From Antedon mediterranea (lineage: Eukaryota; Animalia; Echinodermata): 64,000 bases of DNA. Below are positions 55,940-64,000 of the stretch, in pieces; positions within the stretch are counted from its first letter, which is position 1; the number at the start of each line of letters is the position of its first letter. The stretch is taken from the NCBI RefSeq assembly GCF_964355755.1, contig NC_092677.1, positions 20,730,101 to 20,794,100 of the forward strand. The letters run 5' to 3'. Made by a program: the position numbers and the translations under genes. The notes beneath the pieces were generated by a model. It searched no databases. It was not told where the DNA came from and saw only the letters and a list, made by a program, of their open reading frames with translations.

Positions 55940-58900
55940 CACAAAATAGCTTAATATGGTATTTAAAAAGGTTTTAGACCATTTTGAGCAATTCAACAAA
56001 ACTTTTTCTCACAAAACATCAAAGTGTACAGAATAGCTTCAAATCGCATTTGGAGACGTTTTAGACCATTTTGTGCATTTCGATGAAACTTGGTTACACA
56101 AAAACATCAAAGTGCTTAAAATCACATTTTGAGCATTTCGTTAAAACTTTTCACACAAAAACATCAAAGTCCACAAAATAGCTTAATATCGTATTTAAAA
56201 ACGTTTTAGACCATTTTGAGCATTTCGAAAAAACTTTTCCACACCAAACATCAAAGTTTACAAAATAGCTTCAAATCGCATTTGGAGACGTTTTAGACCA
56301 TTTTGTGATTTTCGAAAAAACTTGTTAACATAAAAACACCAAAGTGCTCAGAATACCTTCAAATCGCATTTGGAGACGTTTTAGACCCTTTTGTGCATTT
56401 CGATGAAACTTGGTTACACAAAAACATCAAAGTGCTTAAAATCACATTAGAAACCGTTTTAGACCATTTTGAGCATTTCGTTAAAATTTGTCACAGAAAA
56501 ACATCAAAGAGCAAAAAATATCTTAATATCGTATTTAAAAACGTTTTAGACCATTTTGAGCATTTCGACAAAACTTTTTCACACAAAACATCAAAGTGTA
56601 CAAAATAGCTTCAAATCGCATTTGGAGACGTTTTAACCCATTTTGAGCATTTCGATAAAATTTTACACACAAAAACATCAAAGTGCACAAAATAGCTTAA
56701 TATGGTATTTAAAAACGTTTTAGACCATTTTGAGCATTTCAACAAAACTTTTTCTCACAAAACATCAAAGTGTACAGAATAGCTTCAAATCGCATTTGGA
56801 GACGTTTTAGACTTTTTTGTGCATTTCGATGAAACTTGGTTACACAAAAACATCAAAGTGCTTAAAATCACATTTTGAGCATTTCGTTAAAACTTTTCAC
56901 ACAAAAACATCAAAGTCCACAAAATAGCTTAATATCGTATTTAAAAACGTTTTAGACCATTTTGAGCATTTCGAAAAAACTTTTCCACACAAAACATCAA
57001 AGTTTACAAAATAGCTTCAAATCGCATTTGGAGACGTTTTAGACCATTTTGTGATTTTCGAAAAAACTTGATAACATAAAAACACCAAAGTGCTCAGAAT
57101 ACCTTCAAATCGTGTTTTGAGACGTTTTAGACCATTTTGTAATTTTCGAAAAAACTTGTTAACATAAAAACACCAAAGTGCTCAGAATACCTTCACATCG
57201 CATTTTGAGACGTTTTAGACCATTTTGTGATTTTCGAAAAAACTTGTTAACATAAAAACACCAAAGTGCTTAGAAAAGCTTGAAATCGCATTTGGAGACG
57301 TTTTAGACCATTTTGTGCATTTCGATGAAACTTGGTTACACAAAAACATCAAAGTGCTTAAAATCACATTTTGAGCATTTCGTTAAAACTTTTCACACAA
57401 AAACATCAAAGAGTAAAAAATAGCTTAATATCGTATTTAAAAACGTTTTAGACCATTTTGAGCATTTCGACAAAATTTTTTCACACAAAACATCAAAGTG
57501 TACAGAATAGCTTTAAATCGCATTTGGAGACGTTTTAGACCATTTTGTTCATTTCGATGAAACAAAAACACAAAAACATCAAATTGCACAAAATGGCTTA
57601 ATATGATATGGGAAAACGTTTTAGACCATTTTGAACATTTCGTTAAAAGTTTTCACACAAAAACATCAAAGTCCACAAAATAGCTTAATATCGTATTTAA
57701 AAACGTTTTAGACCATTTTGAGCATTTCGAAAAAACTTTTTCACACAAAACATCAAAGTTTACAAAATAGCTTCAAATCGCATTTGGAGACGTTATAGAC
57801 CATTTTGTGATTTTCGAAAAAACTTGTTAACATAAAAACACCAAAGTGCTCAGAATACCTTCAAATCGCATTTTGAGACGTTTTAGACCATTTTGTGATT
57901 TTCGAAAAAACTTGTTAACATAAAAACACCAAAGTGCTCAGAATCGTGTTTTGAGACGTTTTAGACCATTTTGTGATTTTCGAAAAAACTTGTTAACATA
58001 AAAACACCAAAGTGCTCAGAATACCTTCAAATCGCATTTTGAGACGTTTTAGACCATTTTGTGATTTTCGAAAAAACTTGTTAACATAAAAACACCAAAG
58101 TGCTCAGAATACCTTCAAATCGTGTTTTGAGACGTTTTAGACCATTTTGTGATTTTCGAAAAAACTTGTTAACATAAAAACACCAAAGTGCTCAGAATAC
58201 CTTCAAATCGCATTTTGAGACGTTTTAGACCATTTTGTGATTTTCGAAAAAACTTGTTAACATAAAAACACCAAAGTGCTCAGAATACCTTCAAATCGTG
58301 TTTTGAGACGTTTTAGACCATTTTGTGATTTTCGAAAAAACTTGTTAACATAAAAACACCAAAGTGCTTAGAAAAGCTTCAAATCGCATTTGGAGACGTT
58401 TTAGACCATTTTGTTCATTTCGATGAAACTTGGTTACACAAAAACATCAAAGAGCACAAAAGATCTTAATATCGTATTTAAAAACGTTTTAGACCATTTT
58501 GAGCATTTCGAAAAAACTTTTTCACACAAAACATCAAAGTGTACAAAATAGCTTCAAATCGCATTTTGAGACGTTTTAGACAATTTTGTGATTTTCGAAA
58601 AAACTTGTTTACATAAAAACACCAAAGTGCTTAGAAAAGCTTCAAATCACATTTGGAGACGTTTTAAACCATTTTGTTCATTTCGATGAAACTTGGTTAC
58701 ACAAAAACATCAAAGAGCACAAAAGTATTTAAAAACGTTTTAGACCATTTTGAGCATTCCGTCAAAACTTTTTCACACAAAACATCAAAGTGTACAGAAT
58801 AGCTTTAAATCGCATTTGGAGACGTTTTAGACCATTTTGTAGTTTTCGAAAAAACTTGTTAACATAAAAACACAAAAGAGCTTCAAATCGCATTTGGAGA

Positions 58901-61900
58901 CGTTTTAGACCCTTTTGTGCATTTCGATGAAACTTGGTTACACAAAAACATCAAAGTGCTTAAAATCACATTAGAAACCGTTTTAGACCATTTTGAGCAT
59001 TTCGTTAAAACTTTTCACACAAAAACATCAAAGTCCACAAAATAGCTTAATAGCGTATTTAAAAACGTTTTAGACCATTTTGAGCATTTCGAAAAAACAT
59101 TTTCACACAAAACATCAAAGTTTACAAAATAGCTTCAAATCGCATTTGGAGACGTTTTAGACCATTTTGTGATTTTCGAAAAAACTTGTTAACATAAAAA
59201 CACCAAAGTGCTCAGAATACCTTCAAATCGCATTTTGAGACGTTTTAGACCATTTTGTGATTTTCGAAAAAACAACATAAAAACACCAAAGTGCTCAGAA
59301 TACCTTCAAATCGCATTTGGAGACGTTTTAGACCATTTTGTGATTTTCGAAAAAACTTGTTAACATAAAAACACCAAAGTGCTCAGAAAACCTTCAAATC
59401 GTATTTTGAGACGTTTTAGACAATTTTGTGATTTTCGAAAAAACTTGTTAACATAAAAACACCAAAGTGCTTAGAAAAGCTTCAAATCGCATTTGGAGAC
59501 GTTTTAGACCATTTTGTGCATTTCGATGAAACTTGGTTACACAAAAACATCAAAGTGTACAGAATAGCTTCAAATCGCATTAGAAACCGTTTTAGACCAT
59601 TTTGAGCATTTCGAAAAAACTTTTTCACACCAAACATCAAAGTGTACAAAATAGCTTCAAATCGCATTTGGAGACGTTTTAGACAATTTTGTGATTTTCG
59701 AAAAAACTTGTTTACATAAAAACACGAAAGTGCTAAGAATAGCTTCCAATCGCATTTGGAGACGTTTTAGACCCTTTTGTGCATTTCGATGAAACTTGGT
59801 TACACAAAAACATCAAAGTGCTTAAAATCACATTAGAAACCGTTTTAGACCATTTTGAGCATTTCGTTAAAATTTTTCACAGAAAAACATCAAAGAGCAA
59901 AAAATAGCTTAATATCGTATTTAAAAACGTTTTAGACCATTTTGAGCATTTCGACAAAACTTTTTCACACAAAATATCAAAGTGTACAGAATAGCTTCAA
60001 ATCGCATTTTGAGACGTTTTAACCCATTTTGAGCATTTCGATAAAATTTTACACACAAAAACATCAAAGTGCACAAAATAGCTTAATATGGTATTTAAAA
60101 ACGTTTTAGACCATTTTGAGCAATTCAACAAAACTTTTTCTCACAAAACATCAAAGTGTACAGAATAGCTTCAAATCGCATTTGGAGACGTTTTAGACCA
60201 TTTTGTGCATTTCGATGAAACTTGGTTACACAAAAACATCAAAGTGCTTAAAATCACATTTTGAGCATTTCGTTAAAACTTTTCACACAAAAACATCAAA
60301 GTCCACAAAATAGCTTAATATCGTATTTAAAAACGTTTTAGACCATTTTGAGCATTTCGAAAAAACTTTTCCACACCAAACATCAAAGTTTACAAAATAG
60401 CTTCAAATCGCATTTGGAGACGTTTTAGACCATTTTGTGATTTTCGAAAAAACTTGTTAACATAAAAACACCAAAGTGCTCATAATACCTTCAAATCGCA
60501 TTTGGAGACGTTTTAGACCCTTTTGTGCATTTCGATGAAACTTGGTTACACAAAAACATCAAAGTGCTTAAAATCACATTAGAAACCGTTTTAGACCATT
60601 TTGAGCATTTCGTTAAAATTTGTCACAGAAAAACATCAAAGAGCAAAAAATATCTTAATATCGTATTTAAAAACGTTTTAGACCATTTTGAGCATTTCGA
60701 CAAAACTTTTTCACACAAAACATCAAAGTGTACAAAATAGCTTCAAATCGCATTTGGAGACGTTTTAACCCATTTTGAGCATTTCGATAAAATTTTACAC
60801 ACAAAAACATCAAAGTGCACAAAATAGCTTAATATGGTATTTAAAAACGTTTTAGACCATTTTGAGCATTTCAACAAAACTTTTTCTCACAAAACATCAA
60901 AGTGTACAGAATAGCTTCAAATCGCATTTGGAGACGTTTTAGACTTTTTTGTGCATTTCGATGAAACTTGGTTACACAAAAACATCAAAGTGCTTAAAAT
61001 CACATTTTGAGCATTTCGTTAAAACTTTTCACACAAAAACATCAAAGTCCACAAAATAGCTTAATATCGTATTTAAAAACGTTTTAGACCATTTTGAGCA
61101 TTTCGAAAAAACTTTTCCACACAAAACATCAAAGTTTACAAAATAGCTTCAAATCGCATTTGGAGACGTTTTAGACCATTTTGTGATTTTCGAAAAAACT
61201 TGATAACATAAAAACACCAAAGTGCTCAGAATACCTTCAAATCGTGTTTTGAGACGTTTTAGACCATTTTGTAATTTTCGAAAAAACTTGTTAACATAAA
61301 AACACCAAAGTGCTCAGAATACCTTCACATCGCATTTTGAGACGTTTTAGACCATTTTGTGATTTTCGAAAAAACTTGTTAACATAAAAACACCAAAGTG
61401 CTTAGAAAAGCTTGAAATCGCATTTGGAGACGTTTTAGACCATTTTGTTCATTTCGATGAAACAAAAACACAAAAACATCAAATTGCACAAAATGGCTTA
61501 ATATGATATGGGAAAACGTTTTAGACCATTTTGAACATTTCGTTAAAAGTTTTCACACAAAAACATCAAAGTCCACAAAATAGCTTAATATCGTATTTAA
61601 AAACGTTTTAGACCATTTTGAGCATTTCGAAAAAACTTTTTCACACAAAACATCAAAGTTTATAAAATAGCTTCAAATCGCATTTGGAGACGTTATAGAC
61701 CATTTTGTGATTTTCGAAAAAACTTGTTAACATAAAAACACCAAAGTGCTCAGAATACCTTCAAATCGCATTTTGAGACGTTTTAGACCATTTTGTGATT
61801 TTCGAAAAAACTTGTTAACATAAAAACACCAAAGTGCTCAGAATCGTGTTTTGAGACGTTTTAGACCATTTTGTGATTTTCGAAAAAACTTGTTAACATA

Positions 61901-62950
61901 AAAACACCAAAGTGCTCAGAATACCTTCAAATCGCATTTTGAGACGTTTTAGACCATTTTGTGATTTTCGAAAAAACTTGTTAACATAAAAACACCAAAG
62001 TGCTCAGAATACCTTCAAATCGTGTTTTGAGACGTTTTAGACCATTTTGTGATTTTCGAAAAAACTTGTTAACATAAAAACACCAAAGTGCTCAGAATAC
62101 CTTCAAATCGCATTTTGAGACGTTTTAGACCATTTTGTGATTTTCGAAAAAACTTGTTAACATAAAAACACCAAAGTGCTCAGAATACCTTCAAATCGTG
62201 TTTTGAGACGTTTTAGACCATTTTGTGATTTTCGAAAAAACTTGTTAACATAAAAACACCAAAGTGCTTAGAAAAGCTTCAAATCGCATTTGGAGACGTT
62301 TTAGACCATTTTGTTCATTTCGATGAAACTTTGTTACACAAAAACATCAAAGAGCACAAAAGATCTTAATATCGTATTTAAAAACGTTTTAGACCATTTT
62401 GAGCATTTCGAAAAAACTTTTTCACACAAAACATCAAAGTGTACAAAATAGCTTCAAATCGCATTTTGAGACGTTTTAGACAATTTTGTGATTTTCGAAA
62501 AAACTTGTTTACATAAAAACACCAAAGTGCTTAGAAAAGCTTCAAATCGCATTTGGAGACGTTTTAAACCATTTTGTTCATTTCGATGAAACTTGGTTAC
62601 ACAAAAACATCAAAGAGCACAAAAGTATTTAAAAACGTTTTAGACCATTTTGAGCATTCCGTCAAAACTTTTTCACCCAAAACATCAAAGTGTACAGAAT
62701 AGCTTTAAATCGCATTTGGAGACGTTTTAGACCATTTTGTAGTTTTCGAAAAAACTTGTTAACATAAAAACACAAAAGAGCTTCAAATCGCATTTGGAGA
62801 CGTTTTAGACCCTTTTGTGCATTTCGATGAAACTTGGTTACACAAAAACATCAAAGTGCTTAAAATCACATTAGAAACCGTTTTAGACCATTTTGAGCAT
62901 TTCGTTAAAACTTTTCACACAAAAACATCAAAGTCCACAAAATAGCTTAA
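55940..62950 (+). repeat. Duplication, offset 4132 bp falling to 3900 bp after a 232-bp internal loss
   Basis: CAATTCAAC (55989/60121), CCACACCAAA (~56240/60372) and ORFs 56393/60525 lie at offset 4132; GAATCGTGTT (57941/61841) lies at offset 3900. Confidence 0.87.
57955..58365 (+). repeat. Homogeneous A-type run with alternating variants (176-bp dimer period)
   Basis: CGCATTTTGAG (58033, 58209) alternates with CGTGTTTTGAG (58121, 58297). The run is duplicated at ~61855-62265. Confidence 0.85.
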
Positions 62951-64000
62951 TATGGTATTTAAAAACGTTTTAGAACATTTTGAGCATTTCAACAAAACTT
63001 TTTCTCACAAAACATCAAAGTGTACAGAATAGCTTCAAATCGCATTTGGAGACGTTTTAGACCATTTTGTGCATTTCGATGAAACTTGGTTACACAAAAA
63101 CATCAAAGTGCTTAAAATCACATTTTGAGCATTTCGTTAAAACTTTTCACACAAAAACATCAAAGAGTAAAAAATAGCTTAATATCGTATTTAAAAACGT
63201 TTTAGACCATTTTGAGCATTTCGACAAAATTTTTTCACACAAAACATCAAAGTGTACAGAATAGCTTTAAATCGCATTTGGAGACGTTTTAGACCATTTT
63301 GTTAATTTCGATGAAACAAAAACACAAAAACATCAAATTGCACAAAATGGCTTAATATGATATGGGAAAACGTTTTAGACCATTTTGAACATTTCGTTAA
63401 AAGTTTTCACACAAAAACATCAAAGTCCACAAAATAGCTTAATATCGTATTTAAAAACGTTTTAGACCATTTTGAGCATTTCGAAAAAACTTTTTCACAC
63501 AAAACATCAAAGTTTACAAAATAGCTTCAAATCGCATTTGGAGACGTTTTAGACCATTTTCTGATTTTCGAAAAAACTTGTTAACATAAAAACACCAAAG
63601 TGCTCAGAAAAGCTTCAAATCGCATTTGGAGACGTTTTAAACCATTTTGTTCATTTCGATGAAACTTGGTTACACAAAAACATCAAAGAGCACAAAAGTA
63701 TTTAAAAACGTTTTAGACCATTTTGAGCATTCCGACAAAACTTTTTCACACAAAACATCAAAGTGTACAGAATAGCTTTAAATCGCATTTGGAGACGTTT
63801 TAACCCATTTTGAGCATTTCGATAAAATTTTACAAACAAAAACATCAAAGTGCACAAAATAGCTTAATATGGTATTTAAAAACGTTTTAGACCATTTTGA
63901 GCATTTCAACAAAACTTTTTCTCACAAAACATCAAAGTGTACAGAATAGCTTCAAATCGCATTTGGAGACGTTTTAGACCATTTTGTGCATTTCGATGAA

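Larger units (their letters stand above)
1..64000 (+). repeat. Tandem satellite DNA array, ~88-bp monomer (76-88 bp variants), head-to-tail, extends beyond both window edges
   Basis: GAGACGTTTTAGACC recurs at 9, 97 and 185 (88-bp spacing). Core-to-core distances measured elsewhere are 87 (2900-2987), 86 (1268-1354), 78 (2657-2735, 2735-2813) and 76 (2494-2570). The same orientation holds through position 64000 and no unique sequence was seen. Confidence 0.99.

Noticed and set aside
1174-60740. All 22 ORFs in the six-frame track (61-103 aa)
   Set aside because: They are translations of satellite monomers. They have ~29-aa internal periodicity from 87-bp units, occur on both strands as near-identical copies, often begin at GTG/TTG starts, and show no domain-like content.
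1-64000. Assignment to a known family or taxon (e.g. 176-bp Brassica or 91/92-bp soybean centromeric repeats) from unit length
   Set aside because: Length similarity alone is not evidence, and I recognise no sequence homology. A BLAST search is needed.
1-64000. Hidden insertion, inversion, telomeric repeat or RNA gene inside the array
   Set aside because: On reading through I saw no non-satellite stretch or strand switch. A very short insertion could have been missed by eye.

Overview
The whole 64-kb window is one uninterrupted, head-to-tail, AT-rich (~33% GC by count of one monomer) satellite DNA array. It holds roughly 740 monomers of an ~88-bp unit with a conserved core (ACGTTTTAGACCATTTTG). 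I see no genes, RNA genes, transposon insertions or inversions, and the ORF track is a by-product of the repeat. Several monomer families occur: A, 88 bp, '...GTGATTTTCGAAAAAACTTGTTAACATAAAAACACCAAAG...'; B, 88/78/76 bp, '...CGATGAAACTTGGTTACAC...'; C, 87 bp, '...GAGCATTTCGAAAAAACTTTTTCACAC...'; D, 87 bp, '...CGTTAAAAC...GCTTAATATCGTATTT'; E, 86 bp, '...GAAACAAAAACAC...TGATATGGG'; plus minor variants. They form a few recurrent multi-monomer cassettes shuffled into a non-periodic higher-order mosaic. Local tandem duplications of 1.66-4.13 kb (one nested inside another) and long-range copies at offsets of about 17, 25-30 and 45-47 kb are visible. This looks like eukaryotic (peri)centromeric or heterochromatic satellite; I cannot identify the organism or family name. 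I found no protein-coding 'system'. The interesting signals concern array architecture and turnover: microhomology deletions of 10/20 bp, a visible gene-conversion patch, dyad symmetries, emerging 176-bp dimers and CpG-directed mutations. All offsets were counted by hand, so block edges are approximate to about one monomer.
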